A stretch of 64,000 nt of DNA from a virus. Taxonomy: Duplodnaviria > Caudoviricetes. The DNA is taken from positions 27,967-91,966 of IMG/VR virus record IMGVR_UViG_3300046526_000409; one strand, given 5' to 3'. Position 1 is the first letter of the stretch; each line of letters begins with the position of its first letter. The notes under the pieces were generated by a model, which did no database searches, was not told the DNA's origin, and saw nothing but the letters and a program-made list of their open reading frames with translations. The translations under genes and the position numbers were made by a program. Positions 49,210 to 58,239 of this stretch are shown piece by piece.

Positions 49210-49690
49210 ATCCGGACAGATCTGGGCCGACAACGACCCCCGCCGTGCCGGCCGCAAGGTACGCATCGACGAGGTCAAGGCCAACTTCGCCTTCTGCACC
49301 GTCGTGCAGAACACGTACGAGGCCCAGTCGAAGATCGACACCTACGGCTTCGGAGCCGCCCAGGACCGCCGCGGCACCACCACCCGCATCGGCCTTGCTC
49401 GCTTCTACGACGAGAAGTACCACCTGTGCGACCCGACAGAACTTCACGCCATGAGCGCCGCGCACTACGCCAACGTCGTCCGGCTGCCGAGCGCATGCAC
49501 CGACCTCTCGCAACACAGGTGGGTGCCGGTCACCGTCACCTACAGCCAGACCGCCCGGCCGACGTTCTTGCGCCCCGCCGAGCCCGACGCGTACGCGGTC
49601 GTCGCCGTCTGCCCCAAGTGCTGGACGCACACCGAGTTCCCCTCCCGGCGGATCCCCGCCCCGACGACCCCCGGAGACATCGCAGCATGA
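49194..49690 (+). CDS. Hypothetical protein
   Basis: MTQRVESGQIWADNDPRR... after GAGGA. Confidence 0.55.
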
Positions 49691-50253
49691 GCCCGCTCCC
49701 CGCAGTCCTCGCGCTCGGCGGATACGCGTACGCCGGCAAGGACTCCGTCGCCAACGTCCTCGTCGAGCGCTACGGCTACACCCGCATCGCCTTCGGTGAC
49801 CCCGTTCGCGATCTCCTGGAGGAGATGAACCCCCTCATCCCCACCCCCTACGGAGCGGTCAACCTGGCCTGGGTTCTCAAGGACGTCGGCTGGGACGTGG
49901 CCAAGCGGGAGTACCCGGAGGTTCGCCGGCTGATGCAGCAACTCGGCAACGGCGCCCGCGAGCACACCGTGCAGGACGTCTGGATACAGGCCGCGCTCAA
50001 GAAGGCCGAGGGACACGAGCGCGTGGTGTACACCGACGTCCGGCATCGCAACGAGCTGGACGCCCTCTCGGGCCTGGACCACTACAGCGTCTGGATATCC
50101 CGCCCCGGCGTCGGCCCCCTCAACGGCCACGTCAGCGAGAACCAGCTCGGCCGGCTCGACTTCGACTTCGGGTACTTCAACGAAGAGGAGCTGGAGGACC
50201 TGCCCGACATGTTCGGCCTGTTCATGAACGACATCTTCGGGGTGGAACCGTGA
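49687..50253 (+). CDS. Deoxynucleoside monophosphate kinase
   Basis: GYAYAGKDS, AFGDP, RRLMQQLG, TDVR..NE, HVSE. Confidence 0.9.
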   Translation: MSPLPAVLALGGYAYAGKDSVANVLVERYGYTRIAFGDPVRDLLEEMNPLIPTPYGAVNLAWVLKDVGWDVAKREYPEVRRLMQQLGNGAREHTVQDVWIQAALKKAEGHERVVYTDVRHRNELDALSGLDHYSVWISRPGVGPLNGHVSENQLGRLDFDFGYFNEEELEDLPDMFGLFMNDIFGVEP

Positions 50254-50810
50254 CCGTCTGCCTCGGCATCGACCAGTCCTACTCCGGGATGGCGCTGGTC
50301 GCCTACGACAGCGACTCGCAGCGGCGCTACGGCTACCTCCACGCCTTCGCAGCCGACAAGTACGTCACCCAGTCCGACCGCCTCGACGCCGTCCAGGTCC
50401 AAGTCGGCCTCAACGTCGAGGACATCAAGACGATGTTCGGCCGGATCGACGTCGTGGCCATGGAGGGCTACGCGGCCGGCGCGAAGTTCGGCCGGGAGCT
50501 GGCCGGCGAACTCGGCGGAGCAGTGAAGCTCGCACTCCTCGACGTTCTCGACAAGCCCGCCTGCTACCCGCTCATCGTCGCCCCGACCAAGCTCAAGAAA
50601 TTCACCACCGGCAAGGGAACCGCGGCCAAGTCCGAGATGCTGCTGGCGGTCTACAAGAAGTGGGGCGTCACCTACGACGACGACAACCTGGCCGACGCCT
50701 ACAGCCTCGCCCGAGCCGCCAACACGTGGTTCACGCGTACCGGCACCAAGGCCGAGACGGAGACCTTGAAAGACCTCAAACGCTTCAAGGGCGATACCCA
50801 CCTCGTCTGA
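50250..50810 (+). CDS. RuvC-like Holliday junction resolvase
   Basis: LGIDQS, MEGY, PTKLKKFTTGKG.A.K, DNLADA. Confidence 0.88.
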   Translation: MTVCLGIDQSYSGMALVAYDSDSQRRYGYLHAFAADKYVTQSDRLDAVQVQVGLNVEDIKTMFGRIDVVAMEGYAAGAKFGRELAGELGGAVKLALLDVLDKPACYPLIVAPTKLKKFTTGKGTAAKSEMLLAVYKKWGVTYDDDNLADAYSLARAANTWFTRTGTKAETETLKDLKRFKGDTHLV

Positions 50811-50812
50811 GC

Positions 50813-50841
50813 AAGAGCCCCGCCAGACCGGCGGGGCTCTT
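50813..50841 (+). terminator. Terminator hairpin
   Basis: AAGAGCCCCGCC-agacc-GGCGGGGCTCTT. Confidence 0.8.
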
Positions 50842-50910
50842 CGCGCATTAACACAATGCACAAATATGCCCTTAGCCTCCGAAAGGAGATCAATTCAAGG
50901 AGAAACGTAT

Positions 50911-51207
50911 ATGGACACCAAGAAGGATTCCAGCGCCGACGACGCCGTCTTTTTCGTCAAGAGTTCGACCAGCGCCACCGATCTGGGAGCCGCGGTCGCC
51001 CACGCCATCTACGCCCGCAAGAACGTGACCCTGCGCGCCATCGGTGCCGGAGCGATCAACCAGGCCGTGAAGAGCGTCCCCATCGCCCAGGGCTACGCCG
51101 GGTCCCGAGGCCACCGCCTCGCCATGCGGCCCGCGTTCTTCACCGCCACCGTCCCCGAGGGCGAAGTGTCCGGCCTTTCCTTCATCGTTTTCGACGAGGC
51201 CGCATAA
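50911..51207 (+). CDS. spoVS: SpoVS-family protein
   Basis: VKSSTS..DLGAAVA...LRAIGAGAINQAVK...PAF. Confidence 0.88.
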   Translation: MDTKKDSSADDAVFFVKSSTSATDLGAAVAHAIYARKNVTLRAIGAGAINQAVKSVPIAQGYAGSRGHRLAMRPAFFTATVPEGEVSGLSFIVFDEAA

Positions 51208-51311
51208 CACCCGGTACGGAATCGCCCATAAACTGGTGAGGCAGTTCCAACACTCGTAGCTCACTCGCACCCTGCCCGGACTGCATCACACGGCATCTCG
51301 CGAGGAGCACA

Positions 51312-51605
51312 GTGTCTGAGAACGTCCTCTCCAGCGGAGAGTTCCCCACCATGGGAATTTCTGCCGCGACCAGTTTCGTCGTCCGAAAGCCCGAGGCCGG
51401 CACACTCGTCAAGAAGTCCGGCAACTCCAAGGGCGGATCCGGCGAGCAGGCCACCGCCAACCACCGCACCAACGTCCTCGACCGCGACGCGCTCGGCGGC
51501 CGAGGCGTCAAGGTGTACCGCGACTACACCAACGCCGCGTCCTCCACCGCCACCGGCCGCAACGTCAAGACGCTGCCGTCGAAGTTCACCACGGACGGGC
51601 GGTGA
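51312..51605 (+). CDS. Hypothetical protein
   Basis: RBS GAGGAG. Confidence 0.6.
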   Translation: MSENVLSSGEFPTMGISAATSFVVRKPEAGTLVKKSGNSKGGSGEQATANHRTNVLDRDALGGRGVKVYRDYTNAASSTATGRNVKTLPSKFTTDGR

Positions 51606-51608
51606 CCC

Positions 51609-51926
51609 ATGGCGTTCGTCCTTGCAGCACCGCTGCTCGAAGCCGTCGCGGGCGGAGCCGCTGCTGAGGGTGCCGCCGCGGGCGGTGCCGCAGCCGTCGC
51701 TGAAGGCGGCGCCGCCGCTGGTGGAGCTGCCGCAGCAGAAGGCGGAGCAGCAGCCGCAGGCGGCTCGGCCGCTGAAGGCGCCGCCAGCGGAGCCGGCCAG
51801 GCCGCCGGCAACGGGCTCGTCTCCCACTTCACCGGAGGCCACGGCGAGTCCCGAGGCGAAGGCGCCGCCCCCGGTCCCTCCGGCCCCGGCGTCGCCCACC
51901 AGACCAACCCGGTCTTCAACTACTGA
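51609..51926 (+). CDS. Ala/Gly-repeat protein
   Basis: Repeated GGAAAEG units. Confidence 0.55.
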   Translation: MAFVLAAPLLEAVAGGAAAEGAAAGGAAAVAEGGAAAGGAAAAEGGAAAAGGSAAEGAASGAGQAAGNGLVSHFTGGHGESRGEGAAPGPSGPGVAHQTNPVFNY

Positions 51927-51941
51927 TCCTGCGGGGGACGC

Positions 51942-52415
51942 ATGAGCAACATGCAGTACGTCGCGCCCATGGGCGTTCCCCAGCCGGGCACGGCCACCTA
52001 CGGCGGCGGCGGACGCGTCGACATGGTCGGCGCACGCAGCATCCTCGACGCCAAGCGCCTGATGGCCACCGGCCGGACGCCGACCGCCGAGTACCCCGAC
52101 GGATACATCGGCACCATGAACTCCCGCCGCAGCGACCGGCTCGGCGACAATTCCCTCAACAGCCGGCCGATGCGCTCAGCGCAGAAGAACTACACGGTCG
52201 GCGTCCACAAGGGCGAGCGCATGGACTCCAGCGACTACCTGTGGCCGCAGGACTTCAACCCGATGACCGCCCTGGAGTACCAGGCGCGAGGCAAGAAGTG
52301 GACCCAGCACGGCGACCAGCCGGCTGACACCCGCCTCGTGGGAACCGGGGCCATGCAGAAGACCGACGCCGACCGACTGGCCGCCCTACGCAACCTCCGC
52401 CCCCAATGGAGATGA
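51942..52415 (+). CDS. Hypothetical phage protein
   Basis: EYPDGYIGT, GVHKGER. Confidence 0.65.
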   Translation: MSNMQYVAPMGVPQPGTATYGGGGRVDMVGARSILDAKRLMATGRTPTAEYPDGYIGTMNSRRSDRLGDNSLNSRPMRSAQKNYTVGVHKGERMDSSDYLWPQDFNPMTALEYQARGKKWTQHGDQPADTRLVGTGAMQKTDADRLAALRNLRPQWR

Positions 52416-52416
52416 C

Positions 52417-52617
52417 GTGCTCAACCAGGACGGCGTCTACGACCGCACCAAACCATGGGCCAGTCTCCCCGAGCGCCAGGTAAGCGACGTCCTCGCCCTC
52501 CTGGCCAGCCAGGCACCCGCCTGCTGGACCCCGCCCAGGCCGGCCCCGAAGACCCGCACCGAGCAGCCGACCATCTACGACGTGCTCGGCATAAGCAAGG
52601 GAGACTCGCGTGGCTGA
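52417..52617 (+). CDS. Hypothetical protein
   Basis: Tandem small ORF. Confidence 0.5.
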   Translation: MLNQDGVYDRTKPWASLPERQVSDVLALLASQAPACWTPPRPAPKTRTEQPTIYDVLGISKGDSRG

Positions 52618-52804
52618 CAAGAAGCCCATGAACATGTTCGACCGGCGACGCGCCGGACGCGGTGACAACGTCAAGTTCACGGTGGGGGACTCCGGCAACC
52701 TCGCCGGCCCCTCCGCCGACAACCGCTTCGCGTCGATCTTCAACGACCGCAGCTCGAACCTCGGGGGCAAGGCCCTCAAGCTCGGCGGAAAGGCAGCGAT
52801 GTGA
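52610..52804 (+). CDS. Hypothetical protein
   Basis: RBS AAGGGAG. Confidence 0.5.
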   Translation: MADKKPMNMFDRRRAGRGDNVKFTVGDSGNLAGPSADNRFASIFNDRSSNLGGKALKLGGKAAM

Positions 52805-52995
52805 TGGGCCTGCCCACCCAGCGCCGACTCAACGGCGACCTCGACTCCGGCCTCGACGACGGCCGCTCACGACAGCTCAACCCCAACTGGGGCGGCGACA
52901 CCAGCGCCGACCTCGACTCGCTCGACCGCACCTGGACCGCCCTCCACGGAAGCGCGCCCGTCCAGGGCCGCCGGGGATACATCCAGGGCTACTGA
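52801..52995 (+). CDS. Hypothetical protein
   Basis: GTGA overlap with the previous ORF. Confidence 0.5.
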   Translation: MMGLPTQRRLNGDLDSGLDDGRSRQLNPNWGGDTSADLDSLDRTWTALHGSAPVQGRRGYIQGY

Positions 52996-53078
52996 CCACA
53001 CACACGATCGCGTACCACCACACGAAGCACTGACACGGCGCACCACTCGGAGCACTCACCCATAAGGGGAGCACTTCG

Positions 53079-53876
53079 ATGGCAAGCACCGCTGCCGCAC
53101 TGCTGGCCGAAGCCGAGAAGTGGAAGGGGTACAAGGAAGGCGCCAGCAACCACACCGCCTTCGGCGAGTGGTACGCCACCCTCGTCAAAGACAAGTCCTT
53201 CGCCTACGCCTCCTGGTGCGACGAGTACGTCTCGTACTGCGCCCACGCGTCCGGCAACGCCGACATCGTCGGTCAGTTCGCCTACTGCCCCAGTCACGTC
53301 AACTGGTTCAAGAACCGCGGCGAGTGGCACAAGGCATCCGAGGCGATCAAGCCCGGCGACATCGTCTTCTTCGACTGGGACGACGACGGCGTCGCGGACC
53401 ACATCGAGATCGCGCGAGCGGCATCCGCCCCCGGAGCGACCGTCGCCACCATCGGCGGCAACACCAGCTCGGGCCTGGCCGGTTCGCAGTCCAACGGCGA
53501 CGGCGTCTACGAGCGCACCCGGTACCGCTCCGACATCCTCGGCTTCGGCCGGCCGGCATACAAGGCGTCGGCCTCCACGGGAACCGGGGGTACGAAGACC
53601 ACCACCACCCCGGCCAAGACCTACAAGCCGCCCGCCTTCCCCAAGGGACTCGCACCCAACAAGACGACCCCATCGGCGAAGACCCTCCAGAAGGCGCTGA
53701 AGGCCACCAGTTGGCTGGGCAACGGTGTCGAACTCTCCGACAACTACGGCCCCCAGACCCAGAAGGCCGTCGCCGGATTCAACGCCAAGCACGGCCTGAA
53801 CGACGCCGGAAAATCCTACGACCCTGCAATTGGCCCCAAGGGGTGGGCACTTCTCTTCACCCTGGCATACGGCTGA
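53079..53876 (+). CDS. Endolysin (CHAP + peptidoglycan-binding domain)
   Basis: WCDEYVS, GDIVFFDW...DHIE, TIGGNT; LQKAL...YGPQT..AV..F. Confidence 0.9.
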   Translation: MASTAAALLAEAEKWKGYKEGASNHTAFGEWYATLVKDKSFAYASWCDEYVSYCAHASGNADIVGQFAYCPSHVNWFKNRGEWHKASEAIKPGDIVFFDWDDDGVADHIEIARAASAPGATVATIGGNTSSGLAGSQSNGDGVYERTRYRSDILGFGRPAYKASASTGTGGTKTTTTPAKTYKPPAFPKGLAPNKTTPSAKTLQKALKATSWLGNGVELSDNYGPQTQKAVAGFNAKHGLNDAGKSYDPAIGPKGWALLFTLAYG

Positions 53877-53888
53877 TAGCCGCTCATC

Positions 53889-53928
53889 CACGAAGGTCCC
53901 GAGGAAACTGCTTCTCGGGGCCTTCGTG
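53889..53928 (+). terminator. Terminator hairpin
   Basis: CACGAAGGTCCCGAG...CTCGGGGCCTTCGTG. Confidence 0.75.
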
Positions 53929-54001
53929 TTACTATTCACCAAGCGTCTGAATGGCCTGCGAGGAACGTCGGACGGGAATGCCTACTAAGTGAGGATCCCG
54001 T

Positions 54002-54598
54002 GTGACTCGCAGGCCATTGTCGTGCATATCGGCAGCCCTGGTTCTGGCACTAATGCCGGTTGCCTCCAATGCACACCGCGAGGCCGTTGAAGCAGCGCTG
54101 GCCCCCACGCCGACCGCCTCCCCGTCGCCTTCCCGGAGCCAGCCGGCCAAGAAGACGCCGAAGCCCAAGAAGGCCAGGAAGACACCGAAACCCAAGGCCA
54201 AGGCGACCAAGTCGCCTCGCCCCAAGGTCAAGAAGTCTCCGCCCCCCAAGGTCACCCGCACCATCACCCCCAGAGCCTCCCGCTCCACGACGGCCACCGT
54301 CAAACCGTCGTACGCATCGCCCAAGGCGTACGCGAGATCAGTCCTCAGCCCGGCCCAATTCTCCTGCGCCGACGGCATCTTCACTCACGAAAGCAACTGG
54401 AACCCCTTCGCCAGGAACCCGAGTTCCGGGGCCTACGGAATTGCCCAGGCGCTCCCCGCGGCGAAGTACGCCTCGGCAGGCCCCGACTGGCGAACCAATG
54501 GCGTGACACAAGTCCGCTGGGGCCTTTCCTACATGAACTCGCGGTACGGCAGCCCATGCGGCGCCTGGTCCTTCTGGCAATCCCACAACTGGTACTGA
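54002..54598 (+). CDS. Secreted lytic transglycosylase
   Basis: Signal peptide, Pro/Lys linker, HESNW...SSGAYGIAQALP...YGSPCGAW..W...NWY. Confidence 0.88.
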   Translation: MTRRPLSCISAALVLALMPVASNAHREAVEAALAPTPTASPSPSRSQPAKKTPKPKKARKTPKPKAKATKSPRPKVKKSPPPKVTRTITPRASRSTTATVKPSYASPKAYARSVLSPAQFSCADGIFTHESNWNPFARNPSSGAYGIAQALPAAKYASAGPDWRTNGVTQVRWGLSYMNSRYGSPCGAWSFWQSHNWY

Positions 54599-54615
54599 GC
54601 AAGGAACACCATTAC

Positions 54616-55107
54616 ATGGCCGAGAACATCCGCCTGCTGCTGTGCAAGACCTGCGGGTCCATGGAGGAGCTGCCCGACTACGACGGCGACCCCCGACAGG
54701 ACTTCCTCCTCCAGACCCTCGTCAAGCGGCACCGCAACCCAGACGGCAGCCCTCACATCGCCCACCCGATGCTGAAGGTCGAGAAGCGCCACTGGGACTC
54801 GCCGTCCACGCGCGAGGAGATCGTCAAGCGCATCCGGGAGAACACCGGTCACACCGGCCTGGACCCGGCCTTCTACGACGCCAAGAACACGTTCCAAGAG
54901 GACGCGATGGCGTGCTGGTCGGCGCACAACCGGTCCATCACCTGCTCCGACTGGTGCAGCGACAAGAAGCGGCTCACCCCGGAGACCGCCGCCGAGCGCA
55001 AGGCGGCCGGCCTGCCCAAGTACAAGTCCGCCAAGGACATCTACCTCTGCCACTTCTGCCCGGTCGCCAACGCCGTCCGGCGCGCTGCCTTCGACAAGGC
55101 GGGCTGA
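54616..55107 (+). CDS. Cys-rich hypothetical protein
   Basis: CKTC, C..H...C..W, CHFCP. Confidence 0.65.
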   Translation: MAENIRLLLCKTCGSMEELPDYDGDPRQDFLLQTLVKRHRNPDGSPHIAHPMLKVEKRHWDSPSTREEIVKRIRENTGHTGLDPAFYDAKNTFQEDAMACWSAHNRSITCSDWCSDKKRLTPETAAERKAAGLPKYKSAKDIYLCHFCPVANAVRRAAFDKAG

Positions 55108-55466
55108 TGTTCCAGTACCCCGCCAAGATCCTGGCGGTAGTCGACGGTGACACGATCGACGTGGAGGCCGACCTCGGATTCGAGGTCGTCACCCGTCAGC
55201 GCATCCGCCTATACGGCATCAACGCCGCCGAGAAGAACACCCAAGCCGGCCGCGACGCCCGCCAGTTCGTCGTCGACTGGGTCACCACGTTCGGGCCGAC
55301 CTTCACTCTCGCCACCGTACAGACGCCGAAGGGCACCGACGCACGCGAGAAGTACGGCCGCTACCTCGGCACCATCACCGCTGCCTCCGCCAGCGACCCC
55401 CTCAACTCCGCGCTCGTCACGGCTGGCCTGGCCAAGCCATACGACGGGCACGGCCCCCGTCCGTGA
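55107..55466 (+). CDS. Thermonuclease (SNase) family protein
   Basis: VVDGDTI, IRLYGINA.E, EKYGRYL, LV..GLA..Y. Confidence 0.9.
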   Translation: MFQYPAKILAVVDGDTIDVEADLGFEVVTRQRIRLYGINAAEKNTQAGRDARQFVVDWVTTFGPTFTLATVQTPKGTDAREKYGRYLGTITAASASDPLNSALVTAGLAKPYDGHGPRP

Positions 55467-55486
55467 ACCACCGCTGAGGAACGCCC

Positions 55487-56188
55487 ATGGCTCAGACCAT
55501 CACCAAGGTCTTCGTCGTCAACGCCTCCACCCGCGTCTCCAACCACGACATCGACCTCGTCACACAGGCCGTCCACCACCAGGTCCGCGACCACTTCGCA
55601 CCCCTGTGGGGCATCAAGACACCCGCGGTCGTCTTCACCACGGCCACCCCCACGCCCGTCAAGGGCGACGCCGTCATCACCATCTACGACGCGCCCGACG
55701 TGGACGGCGCCCTCGGCTACCACACCGAGGACAGGGGTGTGATCTACGGCAAGGTCTTCGCCGGCGTCATCCTCGACAACAAGGGCACCGTCCACACCGG
55801 ACCGGTCTCCGTATCCGCCTGCCTCTCCCACGAGGTCCTCGAAACCCTCGGCGACCCCCGTGTACAGCTCTGGGCCTCCAACGACTCCGGCGCCCAGATC
55901 GCCTACGAGGTGTGCGACCCGGTCCAGGGCGACAGCTACGACATCGTCATCCACGGCACCGCCATCGCCGTCAGCGACTTCGTCACCCCGGCCTGGTTCG
56001 ACGCCCAGGAAACCGGCGAGCAGCTCAACTACCTCGCCACCCTCACCAAGCCCTTCACCCTCCGCACGGGCGGATACGTCGTCCGCATGGCAGAAGGCCG
56101 CGTCAGCAACGTCTTCGGCGCCGAGATCCCCGACTGGCAGAAGGCCCTCAAGCGCCGACACGGCCGCGCCTCCCGCCGCGCCGCCTGA
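55487..56188 (+). CDS. Putative zinc metallopeptidase
   Basis: ALGYH, SHEVLE, EVCDPV, SDFVTPAWF. Confidence 0.65.
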   Translation: MAQTITKVFVVNASTRVSNHDIDLVTQAVHHQVRDHFAPLWGIKTPAVVFTTATPTPVKGDAVITIYDAPDVDGALGYHTEDRGVIYGKVFAGVILDNKGTVHTGPVSVSACLSHEVLETLGDPRVQLWASNDSGAQIAYEVCDPVQGDSYDIVIHGTAIAVSDFVTPAWFDAQETGEQLNYLATLTKPFTLRTGGYVVRMAEGRVSNVFGAEIPDWQKALKRRHGRASRRAA

Positions 56189-56221
56189 CCCACCACCCAC
56201 ACCTGCACCAGGAGCACCACT

Positions 56222-56599
56222 GTGACCCTTGACCTGTCCACCATCGCGACCACCGCCGCCGACACCGTCGAGGAGCTGACCGACGCCCAGCGCGAGCAGC
56301 TCAAGAAGATGGGGGAGGAGGCAGGCATCACCGAGGACACGGGTACGTTCGCCGAGACCGCGTTCCTCGTCGTCATAACCCCCGACGGCCAGGTCCTCGC
56401 CGAGCCCGACATCAACGCGAAGATCCGCCTCCGTCGGCCGGCCAACATCGACGACTTCCAGCGTGCCGGCCACGTCCTGGTCGACGACGCCATCGCGATC
56501 AAGACCGCCTCGATCACCGGCCAGCAGATGATGCAGATGACCGCCGCCATGGTCGAGCAGCAGCGCACGCAGGCCCTCGTCAACAGCCTGAAGTTGTGA
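56222..56599 (+). CDS. Hypothetical protein
   Basis: RBS AGGAG; TAFLVVITPDG. Confidence 0.6.
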   Translation: MTLDLSTIATTAADTVEELTDAQREQLKKMGEEAGITEDTGTFAETAFLVVITPDGQVLAEPDINAKIRLRRPANIDDFQRAGHVLVDDAIAIKTASITGQQMMQMTAAMVEQQRTQALVNSLKL

Positions 56600-56771
56600 C
56601 CTTGGTGTACCCTCTTCGTTGAGTTGAGCTTTCCTCCGGGAGATGCTCTCTCCTCTCAAGGGAAGGCCCCCCGGAGACCACCAATCTCCATCTGTAGGGG
56701 GGCCTTCGCCTATTTCCGGGCCCAAAATGCCGCCCCTTTGAATTCGACATATCGCCGGTAGAGTTCGGGAT

Positions 56772-57746
56772 ATGGAGACGAACAACTTCTACAGTCGTCT
56801 CGGGAACAACGCTCAGCCCATCAAGGAAGCCGCCATCGGCGCCTCCGGCTATTTCTCAAGCCCGGCTGATCACCTTGACCCGAACCTTTTCAACGGCGAC
56901 CGCATCCATTCCGACGTCCGTAATTGGCTCCTCGGAACCCTCTACACCTTCTGGTCCACTCGCTACAACGCCCCAGGTCAGTGGAGCAACGTATGGCTCG
57001 CCGGCTCCGGCGCCAGCTACCAGTGGGCCGCCGACCGCGGCAATGGTGACCTCGACATCCTCATCGGCGTCGACTTCTCTTCCTTCGGCTGGTACAACCC
57101 CGACTACGCAGGAATGACCAGCCAGGAAATCGCCGACCTTTTCGACGAGGAACTCAAGGCGGAACTCTGGCCCGACACCGCCACCACCCAAATCGGGGAC
57201 CGGGTGTACGAGGTCACCTACTACGTCAGCCCCAACAGCCGCGACATCCGCAATATCAACCCCTACGCGGCCTACTCCCTCACCAAGGACGAGTGGACCG
57301 TCACGCCGCCCGAGCTGCCGGCAAACCCCCGCGACCTGTACCCGCAGGAGTTCCAGGACGCCGCCGCCCGAGACACCGCCGAGGCCCACCGCCTCGTCAA
57401 CACCTACAACGCCCTCGCCGACGAGATGAAGATCTCCCCGCAGGGCGGAGGCCACTGGGTCACCCTCGGCTCCCAGCTCACGACGGTCGTCGCCCAGGCC
57501 GCCCAGCTCTTCGACGACATCCACCTCGGCCGGCGCGCAGCATTCGCCCCCGGCGGCAGCGGGTACGGCGACTTCGCCAACTACCGCTGGCAGGCCGGCA
57601 AAGAGTCCGGGGCCGTCGAGATGCTCCGCTCCATCAAGGCCGTACAGGTCGCCACCCACGACCAGGTAGAGACCGACGCCTGGGGCCAGCCCATCAGCCC
57701 CGCCCAGTTCGCCCTCCGCAACGCAGCCCTGTGGCGGTCCCGGTGA
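56772..57746 (+). CDS. Pol-beta-superfamily nucleotidyltransferase
   Basis: LAGSG...GDLDILIG...EVTYY. Confidence 0.75.
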   Translation: METNNFYSRLGNNAQPIKEAAIGASGYFSSPADHLDPNLFNGDRIHSDVRNWLLGTLYTFWSTRYNAPGQWSNVWLAGSGASYQWAADRGNGDLDILIGVDFSSFGWYNPDYAGMTSQEIADLFDEELKAELWPDTATTQIGDRVYEVTYYVSPNSRDIRNINPYAAYSLTKDEWTVTPPELPANPRDLYPQEFQDAAARDTAEAHRLVNTYNALADEMKISPQGGGHWVTLGSQLTTVVAQAAQLFDDIHLGRRAAFAPGGSGYGDFANYRWQAGKESGAVEMLRSIKAVQVATHDQVETDAWGQPISPAQFALRNAALWRSR

Positions 57747-58228
57747 ACGTCGTCATAGCCATCGACGGTGTCCTCAAGCGTCCCGACAGTGACGCCGTCA
57801 TCCCCGCCGGCCAGCTTCTCTACCACGGTCTCGCCGAAACCCACGTCGTGCACCTGGCCGACGACGCCGACACCTTCAACTCCTCGAAGGCACTCGCGCA
57901 GAACTGGCTCAAGCGCAACGGGCTCACCAAGCACGTCAGGGTGATCAAGCCCTACGCCAGCGACCGCTACGGACTCCTCGGCGGCCTCCAGCAGCTCCGC
58001 CCGGACCTCCACGTCGACCTGGTCGTCGTTGCCGACCCCGTCCAGGCCAGCGATCTCCTCGCAGCCGGCTACACCACTGTGCTCTTCACCCACCCCCGCT
58101 ACACCCGCCCCCAGTGGAAGCCCGACTACCGCGGCGAGCCGAAAGCCTGGGACGACCTCGTCGCCGAGATCGAAGCCCAGGACCAGCACTACGCCCAGGA
58201 CGCCAGGCGCTCAGCCGGCCCCCTGTAG
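57743..58228 (+). CDS. Degenerate HAD-fold protein
   Basis: VVIAIDGVL (first Asp missing), WL..NG, VVADP. Confidence 0.55.
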   Translation: MNVVIAIDGVLKRPDSDAVIPAGQLLYHGLAETHVVHLADDADTFNSSKALAQNWLKRNGLTKHVRVIKPYASDRYGLLGGLQQLRPDLHVDLVVVADPVQASDLLAAGYTTVLFTHPRYTRPQWKPDYRGEPKAWDDLVAEIEAQDQHYAQDARRSAGPL

Positions 58229-58239
58229 GAGACACCCTC

